Positions 8,909 through 18,637 of a stretch of 64,000 nt of DNA are shown piece after piece. Numbering within the stretch: position 1 is the stretch's first letter; every line of letters begins with the position of its first letter. Under the pieces are notes generated by a model. That model saw nothing but the letters and a program-made list of their open reading frames with translations. It searched no databases and was not told the origin of the DNA. A program made the translations under genes and the position numbers. The stretch spans positions 7,819 to 71,818 of the forward strand of contig JALHRQ010000006.1 in NCBI GenBank assembly GCA_022841375.1, read 5' to 3'. The stretch is from Burkholderiales bacterium (GTDB lineage Bacteria > Pseudomonadota > Gammaproteobacteria > Burkholderiales > SG8-41).

Positions 8909-9892
8909 CTACTGATTCCTGCTCATGCGTTGCAGGATCAGCGCCTGGGTTTCCCGTGCAGCCGCTGCAAAAGGGTCATCAGACGGCCGCAGGGCCTGTT
9001 CAATCAGTGGCAGGGCTTCATCATTGCGCCCCAGATCCGAGAGTGTGTGGGCCAGATTATTCAACACCGGTACTGAATCGGGATGTTTGTGCGCGGCCTT
9101 CCGAAGTACCGATTCGGCCAAAGGCAGTTCACCTTGCGCGTAATACTGGTTTGCAAGTCCGATACTGGCAACGACATTTCCAGGCCAGCGTTCGAGCAAG
9201 GCCGTGTAGGCGTTTTTTGCGGCCCAGGGCTCGCCGACCCGTTCCATCGCGGAAACCGCGCTCTGGTAACCCTTTTCGGTTGCGGTTGCCGGGATGCGGT
9301 CGGGCGGCATCGTCAGCATTGCCCAGTAACCGCTTTTTCTCCATGTGTATTCGAACACCGTGAAAGGGATGGCGAGGCGGCTGTTGTCACCCGAGCGCAG
9401 ATAAAGCTCCCCAGCCGGATAGTCGTAGCCAATGACAACCGCGTAGTGCCAGTTGACAACCGGTCCGGCGCCGGTGTCCTGCAGCACGATCACCGGATTG
9501 CCTGCCGAAACTTCCCGCAGCAGATCATCAAGGCGCGGGGCGAGCTGATATGAGATCCGGTTGTAACGGCGTGCCGCGGCCAGCATCTCGACCTGCAGGC
9601 TGCCTTGGCGCGAAGGTAGATAGACTTGCCCGGTCAGCAAATCCGGCGTTACCTGAACGCCTGAGTCCACCATGGTCATGGCGAGCGCGGCAGGGCCACA
9701 CTGGTAGTCCTGTTGTGCAAAAAAAGGTACCCGCGCTAATTCTGTTCGCTCCGGCACGCCCGCAGGCCATGCTTCGCGCAGTCCCATGGTCTGCGGAACC
9801 AGCGAGGCACAACCACTCAGGACTGAAAGCAGCAGCAGCGCCAGAACCCCGGCCAGGCGGGCCCGTTGTTGGCGGGTGGCAGCTTCCCGCAT
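8909..9892 (-). CDS. C39-like cysteine peptidase with C-terminal TPR repeats (PA2778-family-like), lipoprotein
   Basis: Lipobox LSGCAS. It has the QCGPAALAM Cys motif and NWHYAVVIGYD His motif, plus TPR-like repeats at the C-terminus. SD GAGGGGG lies before ATG 9892. Confidence 0.75.
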   Translation of the reverse strand: MREAATRQQRARLAGVLALLLLSVLSGCASLVPQTMGLREAWPAGVPERTELARVPFFAQQDYQCGPAALAMTMVDSGVQVTPDLLTGQVYLPSRQGSLQVEMLAAARRYNRISYQLAPRLDDLLREVSAGNPVIVLQDTGAGPVVNWHYAVVIGYDYPAGELYLRSGDNSRLAIPFTVFEYTWRKSGYWAMLTMPPDRIPATATEKGYQSAVSAMERVGEPWAAKNAYTALLERWPGNVVASIGLANQYYAQGELPLAESVLRKAAHKHPDSVPVLNNLAHTLSDLGRNDEALPLIEQALRPSDDPFAAAARETQALILQRMSRNQ

Positions 9893-9947
9893 CACCACCC
9901 CCTCGCGAAAAGCGCGGAGGTGGCGGTGGAGCACGGAAGCATGTTGC

Positions 9948-10304
9948 TTATCGGCGAAACGCGAAATACCAGATAATGAAAACGACCAGTATCAGCACGA
10001 CCAGTCCATCGCCACCGGCGGGAACCGCGTTGATTTTCCCGGCCAGCGCGCTGACCTCGCCATCGCTCATCGCAGCAACTCGGCTGGTAGCGGCTTCGGC
10101 ATCAAGTCCCAGACTCTGGAACTCGCTGACGGTCTGCGAGCGTTGCAGGAAATTGATGACCACGCTGCGGTCTGCGTCGGCGGAAGTGGTGATGGAAGCG
10201 GCCTGCTGAGTTCCAATCATGCCGGCCTGACTGGTCTGGAATGGCGCGATAAATATTGCCACGGCAATTAAATGGCAAAGCATGTTTTTAAAAGTACGGG
10301 TCAT
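9948..10304 (-). CDS. small secreted/C-tail-anchored protein (PA2779-family-like)
   Basis: Signal peptide, then a polar region and a C-terminal TM (LVVLILVVFIIWYFAF). SD AGGAGA lies before ATG 10304. It sits directly upstream of the peptidase. Confidence 0.7.
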   Translation of the reverse strand: MTRTFKNMLCHLIAVAIFIAPFQTSQAGMIGTQQAASITTSADADRSVVINFLQRSQTVSEFQSLGLDAEAATSRVAAMSDGEVSALAGKINAVPAGGDGLVVLILVVFIIWYFAFRR

Positions 10305-10414
10305 GTCAATCTCCTGTGATGTATCGGATGGGATCGCCTGCACAACAAATGTGTCGACTTATCGCTAATCTGGACCGTCATGTCAGTTGCGGTATGTGCG
10401 ATTGCGTACGTAAG

Positions 10415-10480
10415 GGAAATTTCCGGTGGAAGGGACCGGTTTGAAGCGACGGTAACGTTGGGCTACCCCGAAATTTCCGG
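10415..10480. promoter_or_regulatory. two copies of GAAATTTCCGG (first within perfect palindrome GGAAATTTCC) 55 bp apart
   Basis: Copies at 10415-10426 and 10468-10480, in the divergent intergenic region between the PA2779-like operon and the M48 peptidase gene. Confidence 0.3.
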
Positions 10481-10623
10481 CGTCAGCATGCTTATTAGTG
10501 CTGGGGCAACCCTTGTTTTGTGCGCTTCCGTACGGAAGGAAGCGGGCAAATGAGGCAACAATCATTGTTTGTCGGGTTTGGTGGCGGGATACATAAGCCG
10601 GAAACCAATCGGAAGGTCAAACC

Positions 10624-11466
10624 ATGAGAATTCTAAAGAGAACCGCCCCCGCTACGCGCCGCCTTTTGCTGGCGTTGATCAGCCTGCCACTTCTGACGGC
10701 ACTCGGGGGATGTGAAACCACGACCTCCAGCGGCGCGGTGGGTGCAGATCGCAAGCAACTGATGCTGGTGTCATCACAGGAGCTTGACCAAATGGCGGCG
10801 CAAGGGTACGCCAAGTTGCTGGCGGAGGCGTCGGCCAAAGGTGTGCTTAATCAGGATCGAGCGATGCTCCAGCGCGTACGCGTAATCGCCGGCCGTATCG
10901 AACCGCAGACCAGAGCATTCAGGGCTGATGCCCCGGGCTGGAAGTGGGAAGTCAACATTACCACCAGCGATTCACTCAATGCGTTTTGCATGCCCGGCGG
11001 CAAGATCATGGTTTATTCGGGATTGATCAACCAGCTGAAACTGAGCGATGACGAAATTGCCATCGTGCTGGGTCATGAGATCGCTCATGCATTGCGGGAA
11101 CATTCCCGCGAACAGGTCTCGCAGGCGATGGCCGCGCAAACCGCCATTGGCATTGGCGCAGCCTTGTTTGGCTTGGGTGAGGGGACTGCCGGTCTTGCCA
11201 ACGCGGGATACGAAGCATTGATTGCAACCCGCTTCAGTCGCAATGATGAAAGCGAAGCCGACCGCATCGGCCTCGAGTTGACCGCACGCGCAGGTTATGA
11301 CCCGCGAGCGGGTGTGACGTTATGGCAGAAAATGATCAATAGCAGCCAGGGCGGCAGGCCTCCGGAATTTCTCAGCTCACACCCGGCTGAATCCATTCGC
11401 GTACAGCAGATACAGTCACTGATCCCGACCGTAATGCCGTTTTACGAAGCAGCGCGGCGTAGATAA
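10624..11466 (+). CDS. M48 family zinc metallopeptidase, lipoprotein
   Basis: Lipobox LGGC. HEIAH zinc motif (LGHEIAHALREH) with downstream ESEADRIG. Confidence 0.9.
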   Translation: MRILKRTAPATRRLLLALISLPLLTALGGCETTTSSGAVGADRKQLMLVSSQELDQMAAQGYAKLLAEASAKGVLNQDRAMLQRVRVIAGRIEPQTRAFRADAPGWKWEVNITTSDSLNAFCMPGGKIMVYSGLINQLKLSDDEIAIVLGHEIAHALREHSREQVSQAMAAQTAIGIGAALFGLGEGTAGLANAGYEALIATRFSRNDESEADRIGLELTARAGYDPRAGVTLWQKMINSSQGGRPPEFLSSHPAESIRVQQIQSLIPTVMPFYEAARRR

Positions 11467-11643
11467 ATCCCGGATCGCTTTGCTCTGGGCCCAGGCAGGC
11501 ACGCAGGTCATTCCGAATTACCGGTTTACGAAAAAACACCGTTTTTCGTGTTCCAACGCACAGAACCCCATCGCGCCCCTGCGTAATCTTATTACTCAGC
11601 TGCAAATAGTTAATCGCAGTAATTCATTTATGGGATGTCAATC

Positions 11644-11721
11644 ATGGGCAAGTATGTTTTGGGTTGGATTTTAGGCGTGCCGGTCATTGTGTTGGTGATC
11701 GTTTATATGTTGTTCAACTAA
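11644..11721 (+). CDS. candidate 25-aa single-TM small membrane protein
   Basis: ATG..TAA ORF reading MGKYVLGWILGVPVIVLVIVYMLFN. It falls below the ORF-track cutoff and lies 10 nt before the next gene. There is no strong SD. Confidence 0.4.
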   Translation: MGKYVLGWILGVPVIVLVIVYMLFN

Positions 11722-11731
11722 AGGATATACG

Positions 11732-12235
11732 GTGAATTCAATGATCTCACCCGGTACTTTCGCGGGTCCTGCAGCGGCATGGAGCAAACTGGCATGGAAT
11801 GCCGGTGAAATGCTGGTTGCGTCGTTACAAGTCATCAGCCATCGCAGTGGACGATTCATGGTTCCAGGCGCAATGGCTAATCCCAGCGCCAGTGATAACC
11901 GTGAACTGGCCATGATGAGCGAGGAAAAAGGCAAGTCCGTACTGGAATCGGCGCAGGCCGTTGGCGTTCAAATGCTCGCGTTTAACCAGCAATTGGCAAC
12001 GCTCGCTTTCAAGCAGATTTTTTCGACATCGATGGCAATGATGAGAATCGCCTCAAGCCGCACCGAAAAAGAGTCCTCTGATCGTCAAGTCAAACTCGTA
12101 CTGGACACCATGTCCAATACCGTTGATGCAGCTGCAAAGTTATCAGACTCCTCGGCACGTGTGGCCAAGGTCGCCATGAAGCCCGTGCACAAGCGCGTAA
12201 AGGCAAACGTCCGCCGGCTCAGCAAACGGAAGTGA
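11732..12235 (+). CDS. hypothetical helical protein (phasin-like composition)
   Basis: 167-aa ORF with coding-like codon usage, predicted all-helical, with a basic C-terminus. No motif was confidently recognised. The start is GTG 11732 or ATG 11741. Confidence 0.55.
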   Translation: MNSMISPGTFAGPAAAWSKLAWNAGEMLVASLQVISHRSGRFMVPGAMANPSASDNRELAMMSEEKGKSVLESAQAVGVQMLAFNQQLATLAFKQIFSTSMAMMRIASSRTEKESSDRQVKLVLDTMSNTVDAAAKLSDSSARVAKVAMKPVHKRVKANVRRLSKRK

Positions 12236-12352
12236 TTATTGTTCGGTGAAGTTGGAAAGCAAACCCGAACGGGATGCAAAAGGTAACTGTTTGTTAAGTG
12301 GATGTTCTATGGATAGTGGTAAATCTTTTAATATTTAACCAAGGAGAATCAC

Positions 12353-12712
12353 ATGGAAAACGTTATTCGCGGCAATACCGGAAATTCGGGAACAGTTGGT
12401 GGTATCGCGGGCAAAGCCTCTTCCGGTGCCCATGCCGCAGTGGATTCGATGGCTGGCTCAGCAGAGGAAGCACTGCGCAAAGCGCAGCCGACGATCAACC
12501 AGGTGACGTCTATGGCGCATCAGGCCGTGGACAAGGTAGCCGGCGTCGCTGCGCCGACCGCTGAATGGCTGGCTGAGCAGGGCGAGACCCTGAAAGAGAC
12601 CAAGAACAAGCTGATGACCAGCACCTGCGATTATGTATCGGCGCATCCGTTCAAATCCATCGGGTTTGCGTTGCTGGCTGGATTTCTGATCAGCCGCATG
12701 ACGCGTTCCTGA
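12353..12712 (+). CDS. DUF883 family membrane-anchored stress protein (ElaB/YqjD-like)
   Basis: Strong SD AAGGAGA. The helical N-terminus and C-terminal HPFKSIGFALLAGFLISRM tail anchor are typical of YqjD/ElaB. Confidence 0.85.
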   Translation: MENVIRGNTGNSGTVGGIAGKASSGAHAAVDSMAGSAEEALRKAQPTINQVTSMAHQAVDKVAGVAAPTAEWLAEQGETLKETKNKLMTSTCDYVSAHPFKSIGFALLAGFLISRMTRS

Positions 12713-12797
12713 TAGCCGGTGGTTGGTTTAACCACCCTCTTAGCCGGGATAACCGGTTCGCTTGCGCCGCGAGGCGCTGAATGACAAAGGCTTTCCG

Positions 12798-13217
12798 GTG
12801 AACGCATCTGTGCAAGACGATTCAGCGACAAAGTCCGAGAGTGGGGCGCCTGTTGGCGTTTTTGGCGAAGTGTCGCGCCTGTTTGCATCCGGGCGCGCCA
12901 CTGTCGTTCATTTTCTCGATTTGTTGTCGCTTGAAGCCCGCCGCGCCAGTTTGTCTCTGTTATGGATGCTCATTTCAGGGATTGTTGCGGCGGTCTGTCT
13001 TGTATCAGCCTGGTTGGGAATCCTGGCCGCGCTGGTCATCGCAGCAGTGGGCGCTGGTTTACCCCTGCTGGCGGCTGTTGTCCTCGCCGCCGTGTTGAAT
13101 GGTGTTGCAGGGATTGCGTTAATATATTTATGTAGAAGTAAAAGCCGGGATTTGCTGTTTTCAGCGACCCGACGGCAGTTGGCCGGCGCACCGTCTGCGA
13201 TGCCGGATTCACCATGA
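12798..13217 (+). CDS. YqjE-like inner-membrane protein (DUF1469; often annotated phage holin family)
   Basis: Two long TM helices after LSLEARRASLSL. Its position after the DUF883 gene matches E. coli yqjD-yqjE-yqjK. The start is uncertain (GTG 12798 or TTG 12762). Confidence 0.7.
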   Translation: MNASVQDDSATKSESGAPVGVFGEVSRLFASGRATVVHFLDLLSLEARRASLSLLWMLISGIVAAVCLVSAWLGILAALVIAAVGAGLPLLAAVVLAAVLNGVAGIALIYLCRSKSRDLLFSATRRQLAGAPSAMPDSP

Positions 13218-13567
13218 AGCAAAACAGTGCTTCGTTGAGCCTTCACGAGACCGAGTTGCAGGTTGCCCGGGCGCGACTGGCGTTTAACACTGATCTACAC
13301 CGTGTAGGTACGGCTTTTCAAGATGCCCTTACCCGCCCTTCTACGTTGCTGATAGCAGCGGGTGTGACAGGCGTGATTGGTTGCTGGTTGGCACGACGTA
13401 CGCTGACCCCTGTACCTTCATCCAAACGGCATACGGAAGATCACAGGCCCACACGGACGGCGAGTTCGGTGTTTGGCTTGATACTGGGGTTCATGACGCG
13501 CTACGGCGCACAGCGTTTATTGGCGGGATTAGCAAACGCACGGATGACAAAGTTTCGCGGCACGTAA
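13214..13567 (+). CDS. YqjK-like protein
   Basis: ATGA overlap with the preceding gene. Coiled N-terminus plus one TM (LLIAAGVTGVIGCWLA). Confidence 0.6.
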   Translation: MKQNSASLSLHETELQVARARLAFNTDLHRVGTAFQDALTRPSTLLIAAGVTGVIGCWLARRTLTPVPSSKRHTEDHRPTRTASSVFGLILGFMTRYGAQRLLAGLANARMTKFRGT

Positions 13568-13642
13568 ATCAAGCCCGGCGCTTTTTCGTGATATGTTCCT
13601 GCCGCGCGCAAATCGCGCGAGTTCATCAACAGGACCATAGTG

Positions 13643-14098
13643 ATGGCGCAATTTGAACCCATAGGTACTGTGCGCAGCGACCGCACCGAAATGTCTGTCG
13701 GCCACTGGGCGAAGGTTGAATCGCGAATCGAACTCGATCCGCAGTACATCAAGGGAGTCGCCGGCCTCAGCGAGTTTTCGCATGTGGTGGTGATATTTCA
13801 CCTCAACCTGATTCCGCCGTTTGATGTGGCCAAGCAGATTGCGCGTAACCCTCGCGGCATGGAAAACCTGGATCCGGTGGGCGTATTTGCCCAGCGCACC
13901 AAGTTCCGTCCAAATCCGATCGGGGTCACGGCCGTGGAGTTACTGGCAGTCGATGATAAAGGTGTCACCGTGCGCGGACTGGACGCGCTGAATGGCACGC
14001 CGGTTCTCGACATCAAGCCGTATATTCCTGCGTTTGAGCGCAAGGATGATGTAAGGCTGCCGGCCTGGGTGGACAAGATGATGGACGGTTATTTCTGA
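13643..14098 (+). CDS. TrmO/TsaA-family SAM-dependent methyltransferase (short form)
   Basis: Motifs FEPIGTVRS, SHVVVIFHL, FAQRTKFRPNPIGVT and LNGTPVLDIKPYIP. Confidence 0.85.
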   Translation: MAQFEPIGTVRSDRTEMSVGHWAKVESRIELDPQYIKGVAGLSEFSHVVVIFHLNLIPPFDVAKQIARNPRGMENLDPVGVFAQRTKFRPNPIGVTAVELLAVDDKGVTVRGLDALNGTPVLDIKPYIPAFERKDDVRLPAWVDKMMDGYF

Positions 14099-14113
14099 CA
14101 CCGGTTTTGATAA

Positions 14114-14143
14114 AAAAGGCGCTCCTCAGAGCGCCTTTTGTTC
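14114..14143. terminator. bidirectional rho-independent terminator
   Basis: AAAAGGCGCTC-CTCA-GAGCGCCTTTT has A/T runs on both sides and lies between convergent genes. Confidence 0.8.
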
Positions 14144-14172
14144 TTTGAAAAACCGGGCACAGTCGAAAGGAT

Positions 14173-15330
14173 TCAGTGCAGGCGGTTCAGGGCCTGTTCA
14201 AGGTCGGCGATCAGGTCCGCGGGATCTTCGAGGCCGATGTGCAGGCGGATGGTCGGGCCGCCCGGATTCCAAGTGGTCGCCGAGCGCATTTTTTCCGGAT
14301 GCGGCGCGGTGATCAGGCTTTCGTAGCCGCCCCAGCTCGAGCCGATACCGAACAGTTTCAGCGCATCGACGAAGGCGGCAAGCTGCGCGTGGGATGCGGG
14401 TTGCAGCACTACGCCGAACAATGATGCTGCGCCTTCAAAATCGCGTTTCCAGATCGCGTGGCCCGGGTCGCTTTCCAGCGCCGGGAACAGCACCCGTTGT
14501 ACTTCGGCGCGGCCCTGCAGCCAGTTGGCCACGGTGATGGCATTGGCCATCTGCTGTTTCATGCGCACGCCGATGGTGCGGAAACCGCGCAGCGCCAGAT
14601 AACAGTCGTCGGGGCTGACGCAGTAACCGAAGTCGGCGACGGTGTGGCGCACCGGCAGCCAGCATTTTTTGTTGGTGACAATCACGCCCATCAGCACGTC
14701 GGAATGGCCGACGATGTATTTGGTTGCGGCATGGATCGAGACGTCGACGCCGTGCTCGAAGGAGCGGAAAAAATAGGGCGTGCCCCAGGTGGTGTCGGCC
14801 AGCACGGGGATGTTGCGCGCATGCGCGACGGCAGCGATGGCCGGGATGTCCTGCATTTCAAAAGTCAGCGAACCCGGCGCTTCGCAGAACACGGCTTTGG
14901 TGTTGGGTTTGATCAAGCGCCCGATGCCGGCGCCGATCAGCGGATCGTAGTATTCAACTTCAATACCGTTGGCGCGCAGTTGCCGCTCGCAAAACAGGCG
15001 CGTCGGTGCGTAGGCGCTGTCAGTGACCAGCAGGTGGTCGCCATTCTTGGCAAAGGTGCACAAAGCCGCCGTGATCGCGGCGAGTCCCGAGGGCACCGCC
15101 ACCGCTTGGTAACCGCCCTCCATGCGCGCCACCGCGTCTTCGAAAGCAAACGTGGTCGGTGTGCCGTGTATGCCGTAGCGCATGGACTTGAAATCGTCCG
15201 GGTCGCGCGTTTCGTAGGATTCCAGATCGGGAAAAACCACAGTGGAAGTGCGATACACCGGCATGTTGACGGTGCCCTGGGTCCGCGCCGGATCGCGTCC
15301 GATATGGGTTAGCAGCGTGTCTTTTTTCAT
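14173..15330 (-). CDS. metC: cystathionine beta-lyase (PLP-dependent, Cys/Met metabolism family)
   Basis: N-terminus KDTLLTHIGRDP...VNMPVYRTSTVVF. PLP-lysine context HAATKYIVGHSD. Confidence 0.88.
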   Translation of the reverse strand: MKKDTLLTHIGRDPARTQGTVNMPVYRTSTVVFPDLESYETRDPDDFKSMRYGIHGTPTTFAFEDAVARMEGGYQAVAVPSGLAAITAALCTFAKNGDHLLVTDSAYAPTRLFCERQLRANGIEVEYYDPLIGAGIGRLIKPNTKAVFCEAPGSLTFEMQDIPAIAAVAHARNIPVLADTTWGTPYFFRSFEHGVDVSIHAATKYIVGHSDVLMGVIVTNKKCWLPVRHTVADFGYCVSPDDCYLALRGFRTIGVRMKQQMANAITVANWLQGRAEVQRVLFPALESDPGHAIWKRDFEGAASLFGVVLQPASHAQLAAFVDALKLFGIGSSWGGYESLITAPHPEKMRSATTWNPGGPTIRLHIGLEDPADLIADLEQALNRLH

Positions 15331-15503
15331 TGTAAAACGGGCTTTTTACGATATGGACTGCGACCCCGGCATTGTGCGTGACCGGGTGGGGCGGCGCAAC
15401 ATGGCTGCGGTCATTCCGGCATTTTTGCGTTATCCTAATCGCTATTCCAATGGAGGAGCGAGCGAACCGCAGCGGTGTCCCGCATGTGGTGCGCGTCAAC
15501 GTT

Positions 15504-17813
15504 ATGGACCATCACCACCTGTTTGATGTCGGCGGCGCAAAACTGTCCCGCCTTGAGGATCTGCGATTGATCAAGGGCGAAGGTTGTTACGCCGCGGACT
15601 GGAGTCTGCCCAACCAGGCGCATGCCGCATTTCTGCGCGCTGATCGCGCCCACGCGAAAATCCGGTCGATCAACGTCGATGCCGCACGCAAGGCCAAGGG
15701 TGTTCTCGGGGTTTACACCGGTGCCGATGCCGTCGCCGCAGGTTACGTGAAGCCGCTGAGCATGCTGACCTTTGCCGGCAAAGACGGCAAGAAGGCGAAT
15801 CTGCCCAACCGGGTCGTGCTGGCGCATGAACGGGTGCGTTTTGTCGGCGAAACCGTGGCCATGGTGGTGGCCGAGACTGCGCTGCAGGCGCAGGATGCCG
15901 CCGAACTGATCGAGGTTGAATACGAAGACCTGCCGGTGATTGTGGATCCGCGGGCTACGCTGCAAGCCGGCGCGCCGCAATTGCACGACAACGTGCCGGG
16001 CAACCTCGCGTTTGAACAGGAAGCCGGCGATGCGGCTGCTGTGACAGCGGCGTTCGCGAAAGCGGCGCACATCACCAAACTGAGACTGGATTGCACGCGC
16101 GTTGCACCCAGCCCGATGGAGCCGCGCGCCTGCCTGGTTAGTTATGACGCCGGTTCCGGCGCCTACACCATTCATGTGCCGGTGCAGGGCATCAACATGA
16201 TGCGCATGCAGATCGCCGCCTACACTGGCGTGGCAGACGACAAACTGAACATCAAGGCGCGCGACGTTGGCGGCGGTTTCGGCCAGCGCAGCATTGCTTA
16301 TACCGAATACGTTGCAGCGATGATTGCTGCTAAGGCGCTGAATCGCCCGGTGAAATGGGTGTCCTCGCGCAGCGAGGGTTTCCAGTCGGATTCGCATGGT
16401 CGCGCCAATTACATCGATGCCGAAATGGCACTCGACCGCGACGGCACCTTCCTCGCGATGAAACTGGACTGGATCGCCGACCTCGGCGCCTACCTGCATC
16501 CGGCCGGTCCGGTCAGCCCGATGCGCAATCCGGTGACTTGCCTGAATGGTGTTTATAAAACCCAGGCCCTGTTTGGTCGCTGGCGCGTCGCCCTGACCAA
16601 TACCGTGCCGGTGTCGGCCTACCGCGGCGCGGCACGTCCGGAGATCGCCTACACGATTGAGCGTCTGGTTGATGAGTCGGCGGCGCAGATGAACATTGAC
16701 CCGGCCGAAATCCGCCGGCGAAATTTCATTCCGACCAATGCATTCCCGTACAAGACTCCGACCGGTTCGGTCTATGACATCGCCGATTTCCCCGGCGTGC
16801 TTGACAAGGCACTGAAGCTGGCCGACGTCACAGGGTTCGCCAAGCGCCGCGCCGAATCCGAAAAACGCGGCTTGCTGCGCGGCCTGGGTATGGCAACGGT
16901 GATCGAAAACTCCGGCGCCGGCATGTTCCCCAAGGACGAAGTCTTGCTTGAGGTTGCGGCAGACGGCAGGCTGACCGCGTATTCAATTTCGCATTCGCAG
17001 GGGCAGGGCCATGAAACCACCTTCGCGCAGATCATCGGCGATGCGCTGGGCATTCCGGCCGAACGCATCACGCTGCGCCAGGGCATCGGCGAAAAGGGAC
17101 TGATCGGCAACCACACCGGCGGCTCGCGTACCATCGTCGGTGCCGGCACGGTGTGCCATATCGCCGCAAAAAAACTGATCGAACACGCGACACCGCTCGC
17201 CGCCGAGCAGTTGGGCGTCGAACCGTCGCAGGTGGCCTATGCGCATGGTGAATTCAAGTCGACCGCATCGGACAAAAAAATCACGCTGGGCGAACTGGCA
17301 GCGAAAAAGCCGCTGTCGGTGACCGGCGAAGGCAAGTTCGGCTCGACTTTCCCCAACGGCTGCCATGTCGCTGAAGTCGAAATCGATCCTCAGACCGGCT
17401 TCACCGACGTGGTCTCGTATGTGACGGTTGACGACTGCGGCGTGGTGATCAACCACACCATCGTTGAAGGCCAGATGCACGGCGCGGTGGCGCAGGGCTG
17501 GGGCCAGATTTTCGGTGAAAACGTGGTCTATGACCCCGAAACCGGGCAATTGCTGACCGGCAGCTTCGCCGATTACGCGATGCCCAAGGCCGGCTGGATC
17601 AAGGACATCACCATTGCCGAACACACCACCTTCGGCACCATCAGCCCGCTGGGCGTGAAAGGTATGGGGGAGTCGGGCTGCACGGCGTCACTGGCGACGC
17701 TGACCAATGCGGTGATGAATGCGCTGCGCCCGCTGGGTGTGCCGCCGCTGGATATGCCGCTGACCGCACACAAGCTGTGGCAGGCCATCTCGGCTGCGAA
17801 GAAAGGTAAATAA
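15504..17813 (+). CDS. xanthine dehydrogenase-family molybdopterin-binding large subunit (CoxL-like, non-CODH)
   Basis: N-terminus LSRLEDLRLIKGEGCYAADW. The active-site loop is AYRGAAR (form-II-like), not the AYRCSFR of true CO dehydrogenase. The start is uncertain (15450 or 15504). Confidence 0.88.
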   Translation: MDHHHLFDVGGAKLSRLEDLRLIKGEGCYAADWSLPNQAHAAFLRADRAHAKIRSINVDAARKAKGVLGVYTGADAVAAGYVKPLSMLTFAGKDGKKANLPNRVVLAHERVRFVGETVAMVVAETALQAQDAAELIEVEYEDLPVIVDPRATLQAGAPQLHDNVPGNLAFEQEAGDAAAVTAAFAKAAHITKLRLDCTRVAPSPMEPRACLVSYDAGSGAYTIHVPVQGINMMRMQIAAYTGVADDKLNIKARDVGGGFGQRSIAYTEYVAAMIAAKALNRPVKWVSSRSEGFQSDSHGRANYIDAEMALDRDGTFLAMKLDWIADLGAYLHPAGPVSPMRNPVTCLNGVYKTQALFGRWRVALTNTVPVSAYRGAARPEIAYTIERLVDESAAQMNIDPAEIRRRNFIPTNAFPYKTPTGSVYDIADFPGVLDKALKLADVTGFAKRRAESEKRGLLRGLGMATVIENSGAGMFPKDEVLLEVAADGRLTAYSISHSQGQGHETTFAQIIGDALGIPAERITLRQGIGEKGLIGNHTGGSRTIVGAGTVCHIAAKKLIEHATPLAAEQLGVEPSQVAYAHGEFKSTASDKKITLGELAAKKPLSVTGEGKFGSTFPNGCHVAEVEIDPQTGFTDVVSYVTVDDCGVVINHTIVEGQMHGAVAQGWGQIFGENVVYDPETGQLLTGSFADYAMPKAGWIKDITIAEHTTFGTISPLGVKGMGESGCTASLATLTNAVMNALRPLGVPPLDMPLTAHKLWQAISAAKKGK

Positions 17814-17816
17814 AAC

Positions 17817-18623
17817 ATGTACGCATTCCAGTATCGCAAGGCGAAGACGCTGCAGGAAGCCGCCGACTGGCTGGCGAAGGACGAAGATGCAAAAGCGTTG
17901 TCCGGCGGCATGACGCTGCTGCCGACGCTGAAAGCGCGGCTGGCGCAACCGACGCAGCTGATCGACATCGCCGGTCTTTCCGAACTCGCCGGCATCGACA
18001 ACAAGAACGGCGTGCTGAGCATCGGCGCGGCGACCCGTTATTACCAGATCGCCACTTCACCGGTGGTGCGCGAAGCGCTGCCGGCGCTGGCCGACCTGGT
18101 CTCGACAGTCGCCGATCCGCAGGTGCGCAACCGCGGCACCATCGGCGGTTCCGTTGCCAACAACGATCCGGCAGCTGATTCTCCGGCAGCGGTGCTGGCG
18201 CTGAGCGCGACGGTGATTACCAACAAGCGAGAAATCGCCGCTGATGATTTTTTCCAGGGCATGTTCACCACGGCACTGGAACCCGGCGAACTGGTGGTGC
18301 GCATCGCGTTCCCGCTGCCCAAGGCCGCGGCCTATGCCAAGTATCCGCATCCGGCCTCCGGGTATGCAATGGCCGGCGTGTTCATTGCGCAGACTGCTGC
18401 GGGTGTGCGCGTGGCCGTCACCGGCGCTGGCGCTTCGGGCGTGTTCCGCTGGACTGAAGCGGAAGCAGCCCTCGCCAAGAACATGAGCGCGGCAGCGCTG
18501 GAAAAGCTGACGGTTTCCGTCGACGACATCAACGAAGACATCCACGGCTCGCGTGAATACCGCGCGCAGCTCGTCAAAGTCATGGCCGGCCGTGCCGCGG
18601 CCGCCATTGCCGGTAAGAAATAA
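17817..18623 (+). CDS. FAD-binding medium subunit (CoxM-like)
   Basis: [12 protein letters not shown] and [17 protein letters not shown] motifs. It starts 3 nt after the large subunit. Confidence 0.88.
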   Translation: MYAFQYRKAKTLQEAADWLAKDEDAKALSGGMTLLPTLKARLAQPTQLIDIAGLSELAGIDNKNGVLSIGAATRYYQIATSPVVREALPALADLVSTVADPQVRNRGTIGGSVANNDPAADSPAAVLALSATVITNKREIAADDFFQGMFTTALEPGELVVRIAFPLPKAAAYAKYPHPASGYAMAGVFIAQTAAGVRVAVTGAGASGVFRWTEAEAALAKNMSAAALEKLTVSVDDINEDIHGSREYRAQLVKVMAGRAAAAIAGKK

Positions 18624-18637
18624 GGGAAGAAATAACC

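Noticed and set aside
10383-10565. 60-aa minus-strand ORF in the divergent intergenic region
   Set aside because: It has no SD and no motifs, and it overlaps the repeated GAAATTTCCGG sites. A regulatory-DNA reading explains the region better.
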